Shown: positions 39,863 through 49,225, numbered from the stretch's first letter. The stretch: DNA of 64,000 bases from Candidatus Micrarchaeota archaeon (GCA_964579265.1 CAZOFO010000002.1:1-64000); one strand, 5' to 3'. The notes: generated by a model not told the origin, from the sequence alone. A program made the numbers and translations.

Positions 39863-39968
39863 TGGGCCGGACGGGATTTGAACCCGCGGCTACCAGGTTT
39901 CTTCAGGGTTTATGTATTAATATAACCCTTTAAAAGCCTGGTGCTCTGCCAGACTGAGCTACCGGCCC
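39863..39968 (-). tRNA. tRNA-Lys(TTT) with 32-nt intron at 37/38
   Basis: CCAGG-CTTTTA|intron|A-CCTGG; BHB helix CTTT/GAAG. Confidence 0.93.
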
Positions 39969-40147
39969 TTTTAATATCCGGATCATAGGATAAAGGGCAA
40001 TACTATAACTATATTGCCACTTTAAAACATATGTCGAATCTTGTTATCCTCCTCATTAAATCAGTTTTATCCTCTCTTTGTTTTTAATCATTCGTTTTAT
40101 TAATTCCTTATTCCCAGAGACTCTTGAAATATAATATCTGGCTTGAA

Positions 40148-40159
40148 TGTAGTGCCTAA
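40148..40159 (+). repeat. TGTAGTGCCTAA motif copy
   Basis: Exact copy in divergent intergenic region. Confidence 0.9.
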
Positions 40160-40222
40160 TTTTTCTATTGATTTACCATGCTAATTATTTTAACAGGTAT
40201 GAGAATAAATCAATTGGATAAG

Positions 40223-40750
40223 ATGCTAAAAGTTCTCAGGCTCGGGCACAGGAGAGAAAGAGATAAGAGGATGACAACCCACACAGCCCTCACAGCTAGG
40301 GCTTTAGGAGCAGATGAATTCATATTTACAGGAGATAAGGATAAAAAACTATTAAAGAATATAAGGGACGTAGTAGATAGATTTGGAGGAGCATTCACAT
40401 TAAGACACAGCAAAGACTGGAAAAAAACTGTTGATAAATTTAAAGAAAAAGGGAAGGTAGTTCATTTAACAATGTACGGGGAAAAAATACAGAATTTAGA
40501 AAGAGAAATAAAGAAAATGGAGAAATGCCTAGTAATAATAGGAGGTAAAAAAGTACCTGGAGAAGCATATGAAACAGCTGATTATAACATTGCAGTTACA
40601 AATCAACCTCATTCAGAAGTTTCCTCCCTTGCAGTATTCCTAGACAGATATTACAATGGAGAAGAACTAGATTTTGAGTTTCAAGGGGGAAAAATAGAAA
40701 TAAAACCAAATCAATCAGGTAAAACAGTAAAAGAAAACCAAAAAGAATAA
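40223..40750 (+). CDS. trm56: tRNA (cytidine56-2'-O)-methyltransferase
   Basis: LRLGHR.ERDKRMTTH, VHLTMYG, NQPHSEV. Confidence 0.95.
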   Translation: MLKVLRLGHRRERDKRMTTHTALTARALGADEFIFTGDKDKKLLKNIRDVVDRFGGAFTLRHSKDWKKTVDKFKEKGKVVHLTMYGEKIQNLEREIKKMEKCLVIIGGKKVPGEAYETADYNIAVTNQPHSEVSSLAVFLDRYYNGEELDFEFQGGKIEIKPNQSGKTVKENQKE

Positions 40751-40827
40751 AAAATGAGATAAAAAAGAAAAGAACAAGGAGAAAATAAGAATAAATAATA
40801 CGAAAAACAAAAGAGGAATAGACTTCT

Positions 40828-41397
40828 ATGGATATCAATCTAGATAGCCCCTTAGTAAAAGATTTCGTTGAAAAAAAAGCAGGTCCAAAAGCCTATTCAA
40901 TACTAAAAGCAATGAACAAAGATAAAAAGAATACAGAAAAATCAGAAGACATCAACGAAGAAAACAGAAGCGATCCAGATAAAGAGGGAAGAACAGACCA
41001 AGAAATAAAAGAAGAAGTTGAAATAGAAGAAATAAACGAAATAAGATCAGTTCTAAACAGGCTTCATTACTTAGGAATAATAGAATACGATAAAGAAAAA
41101 GCAAAAAAAAGTAATTGGTATACGTATACATGGTCTATTAAAAGAGACAGGATAAAAGAATTACTAAAAGAAAGATACGAAGAAGAACTAGAAAAACTGG
41201 AAAAAGAACTAGAAATGAAACAAAACTATGTTTTCTTCGAATGCGAAAACGGATGTGACAAACACCCATTCGAAGTAGCCTACGAATACGATTTTGAATG
41301 TCCTGATTGTGGAGAAAAGATGGATAAATCCAAAGAGAATGGAAAAGAAGAAATAAAAGAAAGAATAGGAGAAATAAAAGAATTCCTAGGTAAATAA
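40828..41397 (+). CDS. tfe: Transcription factor E alpha
   Basis: wHTH with W-Y-x-Y-x-W, FFEC...FECPDCG Zn ribbon; next to trm56. Confidence 0.9.
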   Translation: MDINLDSPLVKDFVEKKAGPKAYSILKAMNKDKKNTEKSEDINEENRSDPDKEGRTDQEIKEEVEIEEINEIRSVLNRLHYLGIIEYDKEKAKKSNWYTYTWSIKRDRIKELLKERYEEELEKLEKELEMKQNYVFFECENGCDKHPFEVAYEYDFECPDCGEKMDKSKENGKEEIKERIGEIKEFLGK

Positions 41398-41398
41398 A

Positions 41399-42031
41399 AT
41401 GCCTGAAACTAATGTAAAATTAGTTGAAAAACTAGTTGAAGAAGGAATAATAAATACTGAGAAAGTAAAAGAAGCTTTTCTAAAGATTAAAAGAGAAGAT
41501 TTTGTTCCAGAAAAATTAGAAGAATACAGCTATCTAGATAAACCTCTATCAATAGGATCCGGACAAACTATTTCTGCACCTCACATGGTAGCTATGATGA
41601 CAGAATACTTAAAATTAGAGAAAAATTCTAAAGTAATGGAAATAGGAACAGGTTCAGGATATCAAGCAGCTATTATATCACACATAATCGGAGAAGGAAA
41701 ACTACATACTATAGAGAAAATAGAAGAACTATACAAACAATCAAAAGAAAAACTGAAACCTTACAAAAACATAAAAGTCTATAAAGGAGATGGATCTCTA
41801 GGAATACCGCAAGCAGCCCCCTTCGACAGGATAATATCAACCTGTGGAGCACCGGAAATTCCAAATTCCTGGGGAAAACAACTAAAAGAAAATGGAATAA
41901 TAGTAGCTCCAGTTGGAGGAAAAAGACACCAGAAACTTAAAAGATATGAAAAAAGAAAAGGAGAACTAAAAGAAGAAGATTTGAATATCCCGTGCGCATT
42001 CGTACCTATGAAAGGAAAGAATGGGTTTTAA
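41399..42031 (+). CDS. pcm: Protein-L-isoaspartate O-methyltransferase
   Basis: GQTISAPHMV, EIGTGSGYQAA, APFDRI, FVPM. Confidence 0.96.
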   Translation: MPETNVKLVEKLVEEGIINTEKVKEAFLKIKREDFVPEKLEEYSYLDKPLSIGSGQTISAPHMVAMMTEYLKLEKNSKVMEIGTGSGYQAAIISHIIGEGKLHTIEKIEELYKQSKEKLKPYKNIKVYKGDGSLGIPQAAPFDRIISTCGAPEIPNSWGKQLKENGIIVAPVGGKRHQKLKRYEKRKGELKEEDLNIPCAFVPMKGKNGF

Positions 42032-45000
42032 GCCCTTTTTTTCTGATTAAAAACACTATTAAAGAAGAAGTCATTAAACCTAGGAAAATGAAGTAAAAAT
42101 ACTTATTAGATCTTAAATCTAAGTAAGAACCTGTTAGGTTTTTTTCTTCTTTAGAAAAATCTTTAATAGGTTCTTTTCTCATAGAAATATTTTCTATTAC
42201 TTTAAAATATTTTTTCCGATGAGATCTACTGCACTGAACTTCTATTGAATGTTCCCCTTCTTCCATATTACTGTATCTTTTCCTTATTATATTCTCTTTT
42301 CTTTCTGGATTTTCCCATAACCCATTATTTATTCTAACAAAACAGTTTTCATCATTTATTATCCTTGCTTTAAATTTGAAGGATTTATTTTCCTTTTCAC
42401 TTGGTGAGATTATATTTATTTCACTTTTATGTTCTTTTGTTTCAGCTAGCTCTTCATATTCCTTTTCCCATTTTTCTTCTATCGTTTTATTTTCTTCAAA
42501 ACTTTCATTTTCTTCTTCATCATCTTCTTCTGAAGGAATCTCTATAGGGCTAATTGATCCGGATCCTCCTGAAGACCCTCCAGAACCTCCTCCGGAATCA
42601 GGAGGAGAAGTTTCATCTTCTTCAATTTCGAAAATTAATGTATGTTCATTAACCACTGAGCTATTATGTTCAGATTCTAGCCAATATTCTACTTTATAGT
42701 GGTTTCCATTTGGGAGATCAAAGTTTTCTTGATTAAGTATATTTTCTCCCTTACTTAGATTTTTCCAATTGCTCCAGAAATCTATCTTAGTATTATTGGA
42801 TTTATCTACTCCTAATCGAACTTTAAATTTGTTTTTGAAGGAACTATTATGGGTTTTATTACTTGTTTCATTCTTTTCATTATTAGAAATGTTTATCTTG
42901 AAATCTTTTAATTTGGATTTCTCTTTATAATTAGTATCCCAGGTTCTTGAGAACCAAGTACCAATATTTATATCCTCCAGATGAGTTTTTTGGAAATTAG
43001 AAATATTTCCATGATTATTCATGTTACTTTTATCATGTACTGTGTTATTTTTGATTTTTTCCATTGTCCAAAATAAAGATTCATTTCCAATCGGAAAATA
43101 CCTATATTTATACAGGTCTTCTATATTTTCTTTATTTAAAGAAAATTTATAGGTTCTTACATCATCTATTCTGCCTTTAAAATAGCTTTTATTTTGGTTT
43201 GAACCTCCAAGAGTAAGTTTAGATACATTTAATAGATCTATATATGAATTATTTATTTTTTCAGTTTTCTTCAATTCATTATCTATGTATATTTTAGTTT
43301 TATTTTCATTTATAGAGGTAACTATATGTTGCCATTCATCTTTTTTTATTCCTGAAGATTCTATTTTAATTGATTTATTTTCTAATTCTCCCTCAGTATT
43401 TAAATAAAGTTTTAATTTTCCGTTTTTTATCCTTAGATTCTTTTTAGTTTTTCCTTCTTCAGAATCAATTTGTATTATCTCTTGTTCGGATTTATTATCT
43501 TGAAAGCGAATCCAGAAACTTGTGGAAAAGGTATTGTTTATTCCAGTAATGTTTTTAATGGAAACTTTAGTTTCATTAAATACAAGAGAACTGATTTTAT
43601 TTGTCGTTAAAAACCCATCCTCTATCTCTATAAAATTATTGTGATCAGACCAGTATTCCCAATCTTTTTGTGTTTCCTTCCTCCATTCTCCTGGGTTATT
43701 TTTTGTTCTAAATGACTTTATCTTTCCTTTATCATAATTACTCGTGTTACCTTGTTTTTCTTTAATCTTTGAATAAAATTCATAATGTGTATCGGGATCT
43801 AATTCTTTGATTGTTTGATTAAATCTTTTACTTTCTTTTATTGTTCCTAAAGAAATATTTTTCCAATTTGAATTTTCTTTTTTCCAGTAAAAATAAGCTT
43901 CTTTTTCAGTTTCTTTATCAGTATCTAAGTCTCCATATAGTTCAGCAGATTCATTGGTAATATTTTTCGGATCAAGAGTTTTAGAGTTAAAATCTAGTTT
44001 TTTGTAAACATTTCCCTTTTCATTAACTATGTATTTTCCTTCTTCACTCCATTTTATCTTTTCTCCACCATCTTCTATAGTTTTTATTTTTGTCCAATTT
44101 TGAGTTTCGTGAATATGGATATCACCATCACTGAAAGCTAGATATTTTTGATTAGGAGACCAACTTGGTTTCCCATACTCCTCAAATTCAGCTATTTCCG
44201 CATAGTTATTTTTACTATCTAGTACATGAGAACCTATAGAAAGATATCTATTATCTGGGCTGAATTCTATTCCTTTAATATCCCAATGTCCAGGCATTTC
44301 TGGAAAACCAGATCTTTCCCCCCACTCTGATATCCTAGTATGTTCTTCAGTTTCCCATATTGATAAAAACTCTTCTGATCTCCAGAAAACAACAAGAGAA
44401 TCATTAGGAGATATTTCTAATTCGTCAATTACTAAGATGCTGTCTTTATCTCCCATTTCAGAGTAATTCCATTTATTTTTAATAGAAATTTCAGGATTTT
44501 CTGATAAAAATAAGTAGTCATCACTATCTGATATGATGGCATTACCACCAACGAACAAATTTTTACCTGAACTTAAGAAATTAACATGCTTATTATATAC
44601 ATAAGAAGATTTTCTTTCTAATTCAGGTGCTTCAAATACTCTTAGATTCTTTCTAGATCTTACATCTGTTGGATGAACTGAGTACATCCCTACTATCACT
44701 TCACCATCTAATGTAGTATCTAAACTATATACTGGATAAGTTTCAAGTTTATTTTTTTCTTTGATACTCCATTCTTCCTTTTCGTAAGATATTATCCAAT
44801 AATAATCGTCTTCTTCTGTATTAGGGGTAGTAAACAAAGTTTTATTAGTGAATCCGAAAGTATTTCCGTAATTACTACTACCTTTGAATTCTTCTAAGGT
44901 TTCTTCAAGTGTAAAGCTGATTGAATTTTCTCCTAATCCCCAAGAAGCTTTTACAGGTTTTTCCGTATCTAAAACCTCTACTTCAATTTCTAAGGTTTTA

Positions 45001-45563
45001 TTAGTCTCTTTTAACATTTTAGAGCTTTTATTTGTTTCAGAACTTTTTTTTGATATTCTATCAGGTATTTTTTTAACATCATAATCTTTTACTCTATTTA
45101 TTCTTAAAGGAATTTCTTCAAATTTGTTTCTTAGTCTTTTATATTCTTTTAAAGAAATTTTTTCCTCTCTAAACCTATAAAATTTTTCTTTAATTAACCT
45201 AGAATCTTTATAATATTCTTCTATGTTTTTTTCTTTATCTTGAATATCGTTATAAATCAATTGACCAAAGCTCGTCTTAGAAAAATTTATTTCTATATTA
45301 TATATTCCATCATCTATCTTTTCTTTGTTCTTATTTTCAATTCTAAAAGGATATGTATCTTCCCAATCTCCTGTTTCCTCATTATATTTTTGTATTTCTT
45401 CAGTCATCTGGTATTCTAAGGAAAGATGTTCTTCGGTTAGGGCAGATTCAAACTCTAAAGAAAGACCTATATTTAAGATAAAAGATAATAGGATAAGTGA
45501 GAGAAATATTTTTAGTTTTATTCCTCTTGTATTTGAATTATAGTTACAGTGGTTCAGGTTCAT
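42006..45563 (-). CDS. Large secreted/surface protein: beta-propeller-like repeats, LamG-like domain, Gly/Ser linker, C-terminal TM
   Basis: Signal-like N-terminus; FSPDNRYL/WSPNQKYL repeats; FSTSFWI..WQHIV..YIDN..FKGRIDDVR; terminal hydrophobic helix. Confidence 0.8.
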   Translation of the reverse strand: MNLNHCNYNSNTRGIKLKIFLSLILLSFILNIGLSLEFESALTEEHLSLEYQMTEEIQKYNEETGDWEDTYPFRIENKNKEKIDDGIYNIEINFSKTSFGQLIYNDIQDKEKNIEEYYKDSRLIKEKFYRFREEKISLKEYKRLRNKFEEIPLRINRVKDYDVKKIPDRISKKSSETNKSSKMLKETNKTLEIEVEVLDTEKPVKASWGLGENSISFTLEETLEEFKGSSNYGNTFGFTNKTLFTTPNTEEDDYYWIISYEKEEWSIKEKNKLETYPVYSLDTTLDGEVIVGMYSVHPTDVRSRKNLRVFEAPELERKSSYVYNKHVNFLSSGKNLFVGGNAIISDSDDYLFLSENPEISIKNKWNYSEMGDKDSILVIDELEISPNDSLVVFWRSEEFLSIWETEEHTRISEWGERSGFPEMPGHWDIKGIEFSPDNRYLSIGSHVLDSKNNYAEIAEFEEYGKPSWSPNQKYLAFSDGDIHIHETQNWTKIKTIEDGGEKIKWSEEGKYIVNEKGNVYKKLDFNSKTLDPKNITNESAELYGDLDTDKETEKEAYFYWKKENSNWKNISLGTIKESKRFNQTIKELDPDTHYEFYSKIKEKQGNTSNYDKGKIKSFRTKNNPGEWRKETQKDWEYWSDHNNFIEIEDGFLTTNKISSLVFNETKVSIKNITGINNTFSTSFWIRFQDNKSEQEIIQIDSEEGKTKKNLRIKNGKLKLYLNTEGELENKSIKIESSGIKKDEWQHIVTSINENKTKIYIDNELKKTEKINNSYIDLLNVSKLTLGGSNQNKSYFKGRIDDVRTYKFSLNKENIEDLYKYRYFPIGNESLFWTMEKIKNNTVHDKSNMNNHGNISNFQKTHLEDINIGTWFSRTWDTNYKEKSKLKDFKINISNNEKNETSNKTHNSSFKNKFKVRLGVDKSNNTKIDFWSNWKNLSKGENILNQENFDLPNGNHYKVEYWLESEHNSSVVNEHTLIFEIEEDETSPPDSGGGSGGSSGGSGSISPIEIPSEEDDEEENESFEENKTIEEKWEKEYEELAETKEHKSEINIISPSEKENKSFKFKARIINDENCFVRINNGLWENPERKENIIRKRYSNMEEGEHSIEVQCSRSHRKKYFKVIENISMRKEPIKDFSKEEKNLTGSYLDLRSNKYFYFIFLGLMTSSLIVFLIRKKGLKTHSFLS

Positions 45564-45626
45564 GTGTTATTTCTGGAAATCAGAGAAATAAAGTAATTTT
45601 TCCAAATTTTTAAGTTAATTCTAGTT

Positions 45627-45651
45627 TGTAGTGCCTAATGTAGTGCCTAAA
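45627..45651 (+). repeat. Two abutting TGTAGTGCCTAA copies
   Basis: TGTAGTGCCTAA-TGTAGTGCCTAAA. Confidence 0.92.
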
Positions 45652-45870
45652 TCAAAGATTTGGAAAAAATTAAGAAAAAGGAAAGTAAAAGTGTCAGACC
45701 GCCTATCATTCTTCATCGGTGCCGCGGGATCCTCAGAATTAAAGGAATCATCATCCACATATATTTTGATTTTACCTTTTTATATAAGGGTGATACTAAA
45801 GAAATACATAGAAAGAAAAACAAAAAATTCAATTTCTCTTTGTTTTTAGATGTTTTAAATAATACTATAA

Positions 45871-45945
45871 AGCGGGATAGGGCAGCCTGGAGTGCCCGAC
45901 AGGCTCATAACCTGTAGGTCGGAGGTTCAAATCCTCTTCCCGCTA
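45871..45945 (+). tRNA. Initiator tRNA-Met(CAT)
   Basis: A1-T72 (AGCGGGA/TCCCGCT); GGGC/GCCC D-stem; ACAGG-CTCATAA-CCTGT. Confidence 0.93.
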
Positions 45946-46095
45946 TTTTAAATTTATTGATATGAGTCAATGATGATTATAATTGGAAAAAAGAATTTTA
46001 TGAATGAAGATTGAGAATATTTTGAGTTATTTTAGAAAGATTTGAATCTAGATAATTTGAATTAATTGTTAGTATTTCAAAAGAAAAAATTAAAT

Positions 46096-46208
46096 GAAAT
46101 AGGGGGTCACTTCCGGTATTGTAATTTGTTTATTTCACTAAAAGAACTGATTATATTAGTTTTTCAAATATTTTTCATCAGAGAGTGGCACCCCTGTTCC
46201 AGTATTAA
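46096..46208 (-). promoter_or_regulatory. Two ORB-like boxes (AATACCGGAAGTGA..., AATACTGGAACAGGGGTG)
   Basis: GC-rich islands in AT-rich DNA; match boxes at 47637 and 47930 in the opposite orientation. Confidence 0.55.
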
Positions 46209-46472
46209 CTATTTTTGGTTAGAAATAGATAATTTTTAATTTTAAAAAACAGTTCAAATTGTTTTTAATTATGTTTTAGAATATTAAAATCTTTATCTAA
46301 AGTATTGGAATAATATAATGTGTTTATTTTTTTATTAAAGGAAAATTAAGTTATTTGGATGTTTTTAGTTTATTAAGATGAAGTTATAATAATATAATAC
46401 ATAAATATATTTGTATAATATTTGCAGGAGTATTGAGTGTGTGTAATGTAAACTTGATTCTAGTAATATTAT

Positions 46473-47123
46473 TTATTTAGAAAGAGTTTTAATAAATTTA
46501 ACTGCTTCATCTATATTTGAATCAAAAGGAAAGTCTTCTAAAATTGGTTCAACTTCATCTGAATATTCTAATGCTCTTTCGAGTAGTTTCGACTCTTTTT
46601 CATTAAATCCTTTACTATGGATCTTTACTCTTATTTTACCTTTATTCTTTTCATTATTGTAACAATAAAAAAGATTCAAAATTTTCCAGAAGAAGTTTTT
46701 TATTTCTTTTTCTTCTAAAAATCTATAGAACATAGCTGTTAGATTTAAATTAACATCTTTTAGTACTGGTAGATTGTAAAATTGTGATTCTTCTGATAAA
46801 TAAAAGAAGTTTATTTGATATAATTCTTTTAAATTGCGTGGTTTTCTTTTTCTTTCTTTTTCATACTCTTTTTTTAGTAATTCTCTTGCTGAATCCCATA
46901 TTTCATCTTCTTCAGTGTATTTAACAATTAAATTTTTTTCTAATAGATCTTTTAACACTTTTTCCCTTATTCTATTAACTACTCTGTATGGATTGGTATT
47001 TGGATAGAAATCAGGAACTTCTTCTTTTAATTTTCTAACTATAGAAACTGGTGTTCTTGGTACTGGATATCTTAAGTAGTTTAAAGTTTCTTTCTTTGCT
47101 TTATTTATATTATAATTTACCAT
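46473..47123 (-). CDS. Hypothetical protein (possible wHTH N-terminus)
   Basis: 216-aa AT-rich ORF; PRTPVSIVRKL...RIREKVLKDLLEKNLIVK. Confidence 0.6.
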   Translation of the reverse strand: MVNYNINKAKKETLNYLRYPVPRTPVSIVRKLKEEVPDFYPNTNPYRVVNRIREKVLKDLLEKNLIVKYTEEDEIWDSARELLKKEYEKERKRKPRNLKELYQINFFYLSEESQFYNLPVLKDVNLNLTAMFYRFLEEKEIKNFFWKILNLFYCYNNEKNKGKIRVKIHSKGFNEKESKLLERALEYSDEVEPILEDFPFDSNIDEAVKFIKTLSK

Positions 47124-47266
47124 TATTTCATTTCTTTATTTTGAAATAATTGTTATTATCCTAGTATTTAATGTTACATAAAACATGTAAGTTAAAATAC
47201 TTTATTTTCGATATTTTCAAAGTGTTCAGAAAGAAGAAACTAAAAAGGCTTTAAACTACTTTTTAT

Positions 47267-47560
47267 TTAGATTGAAGGTTTAATTGGTGGTTCTTCCGTA
47301 TTTTCTTTTTTATTATTCTTTGTTATATTACTTCCAAGTAGAACTATATCTCCTACTGATTCTACTCTATCGTATTTTATACTATCTTCTTTCATTATTC
47401 TTCTTAGTTCTCTTTTTCCAACATTCTTTAGTTCTTCTGTTATTAATCTTACTGCTTCTCCTTCTTCTGTGTCTATTACTATATCGTTTACTGTTCCAAG
47501 GAGTTCGCCTCCTTTTGAATAGATTGGTTTACCGTATATTTCTGATATTTTATTTGTCAT
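47267..47560 (-). CDS. PRC-barrel protein (CdpB-like)
   Basis: IYGKPIYSKGGELLGTVNDIVIDTEEG...IKYDRVESVGDIVLL. Confidence 0.88.
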   Translation of the reverse strand: MTNKISEIYGKPIYSKGGELLGTVNDIVIDTEEGEAVRLITEELKNVGKRELRRIMKEDSIKYDRVESVGDIVLLGSNITKNNKKENTEEPPIKPSI

Positions 47561-47636
47561 ATTTATCAAAATCTAAAAAGTACTCTTTACTTAAATACTT
47601 TTTCCTTGGTTTACTAGAAATCACACTGGAAAAAAG

Positions 47637-47659
47637 TAATACTGGAAGTAAGGGGTCAC
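47637..47659 (+). promoter_or_regulatory. ORB-like box TAATACTGGAAGTAAGGGGTCAC
   Basis: Repeat of the family at 46.1-46.2 kb and 47.93 kb. Confidence 0.55.
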
Positions 47660-47674
47660 TGAGATATTTATACT

Positions 47675-47686
47675 TGTAGTGCCTAA
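47675..47686 (+). repeat. TGTAGTGCCTAA copy between TATA-like TTTATA and start of 56-aa ORF
   Basis: Exact copy; TTTATA at 47667-47672, ATG at 47702. Confidence 0.9.
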
Positions 47687-47701
47687 GAATTTATGATAGA
47701 A

Positions 47702-47872
47702 ATGGTTTATGTGAGAAAGAAAAAAATAAATGGAAACGAATATTGGTACGCTTCGAAGACTAAAAGGAAAGATGGGAAGGTTAAACAGGAAACAGTTGCT
47801 TATATAGGCCCATGTAGAAAAATAAACTATGGAGAAGCTAAAAAAATAGCTAGGGAAAAATCGGAAGACTAA
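47702..47872 (+). CDS. 56-aa basic putative beta-sheet DNA-binding protein (not in ORF track)
   Basis: MVYVRKKKINGNEYWYASKTKRKDGKVKQETVAYIGP resembles the K-x-I-x-G-x-x-Y-x-Y...GKV...Y-(I/L)-G pattern of IS1634 N-termini and archaeal viral proteins. Confidence 0.7.
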   Translation: MVYVRKKKINGNEYWYASKTKRKDGKVKQETVAYIGPCRKINYGEAKKIAREKSED

Positions 47873-47929
47873 AAGAGTTATCATTATATTTAATTTAAAT
47901 ACTATTTATTTCCATTTTTATAGTTTAAG

Positions 47930-47953
47930 AATACTGGAAGTGAGGGGGTGTCA
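47930..47953 (+). promoter_or_regulatory. ORB-like box AATACTGGAAGTGAGGGGGTGTCA
   Basis: TGGAA core followed by a G-string. Confidence 0.55.
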
Positions 47954-48013
47954 TACTATTTAAATTTTTTCCAAAGTAATAGCATAGAAAATGTTTAGAT
48001 CCTTTCAAAACTT

Positions 48014-48598
48014 TCATTTACCCTCAAAATTTAATAATTCTTCTTTATCCATATTAAGTCGATAGAAGACTTTTCTACCTACTCTTTTCTTAGAAAGGTA
48101 ATTAGCTTTAAATAAGGTATTTAATAGTTCTGAACATCTATTACGGCTTAGTCCGAGTTCTTCTGATAATTCTGAAGAATCTAATTCTCCTTTTTCTCCA
48201 ACTATCTCAAGTATCTGTCGAAGTCTAGGCGACAGATTCGACACTTTTCGAGACTTTGTCGAGACCTGTCGCGACTCATCTCGACCTTCTAGATCTTCAT
48301 TTTTACTTATTTCAACCATCCAATCTAGCATATCTTCGTATAATTCTTTTATTTCTAATAGTTCATCTATTTTTTTATTCATTTCCCAGAGTAATTCTCT
48401 TTCTTGTATGGTTTTCTCCTTCTTACTATCTTCTTTTAGTTTTTGAACTGTTAAAGCTCCTTCTTCTGATTTTTCATAGTTTTTATTAGTAGAATTAGCT
48501 TCTTTATCTTCTATTAGCTTCTTTTTTTCTTTTTTAAGATCTTTATCTTCTTTTTCGTTTTTGAATAGAGATTTGAGAAAAGGGAACAGACCCCTCAC
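48014..48598 (-). CDS. Coiled-coil plus C-terminal winged-helix protein
   Basis: LSPRLRQILEIV..ELDSSELSEELGLSRNRCSELLNTL..YLSKKRVGRKVFY. Confidence 0.8.
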   Translation of the reverse strand: MRGLFPFLKSLFKNEKEDKDLKKEKKKLIEDKEANSTNKNYEKSEEGALTVQKLKEDSKKEKTIQERELLWEMNKKIDELLEIKELYEDMLDWMVEISKNEDLEGRDESRQVSTKSRKVSNLSPRLRQILEIVGEKGELDSSELSEELGLSRNRCSELLNTLFKANYLSKKRVGRKVFYRLNMDKEELLNFEGK

Positions 48599-48687
48599 CC
48601 CCTGCGTCGCTCTGCGGCACTATCTATGATTATTATCTCACACATACTTAAATACTTTTGGTTGTTTTTCTCTTTCATATACTCCAA

Positions 48688-48966
48688 TGTAGTGCCTAAA
48701 AATTTCTTTTAATTGGATTTTCTCTATTCTAGTATAATTTACTCACGTGTAGTGCCTAAAATTATTTCTTTTTAGCTCCTCACACACCCCTAACCTTCCT
48801 ATTTTCATCATTTCACTGTATTTGCCTTGGATCCATCCAAAATTCCTCACGTGTAGTGCCTAAAACCGCTGTTTTTTAGCATTTTTGAAGGTATGTAGGG
48901 GGATCTTTAGCTTTACTTCTTGTTTTTTCCTGGTTTTTGTTTTTCTTCTTACATGTAGTGCCTAAA
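48688..48966 (+). repeat. Array of four direct TGTAGTGCCTAAAA copies (48688, 48748, 48852, 48954)
   Basis: Spacing 60/104/102 bp; two copies extend to CTCACGTGTAGTGCCTAAAA; followed by a T-rich tract. Confidence 0.92.
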
Positions 48967-49225
48967 ATATCTCTATTTCTGTTGATTCTCATTTTTTTGT
49001 TTTTTCTGAATTTCTTCTTTTTTCAGATTTTTTCTTTTGATTTTGAATTTTTTGTTTTGCTCTCACGTTTTTTCCATTCTCTTGTTAACTATGTTTTATA
49101 TTATCTTGTTTAATTGTTTTTTGTTGTATTTTTGCAGATATCAAACTTATTTATTATTACATATTATAAGTTTTTGAATACAAAGGTTTAAATATAATAA
49201 ATGTTTTTTATATGTTAGAATCGAG

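Noticed and set aside
45631..45917. ORFs 45631-45849 and 45660-45917
   Set aside because: One starts inside the repeat motif and the other runs into tRNA-iMet; neither shows protein features
48688..48966. CRISPR array interpretation of the four direct repeats
   Set aside because: Repeats are only 14-20 bp, spacing is irregular (60/104/102), other copies are dispersed in both orientations, and no cas genes are present
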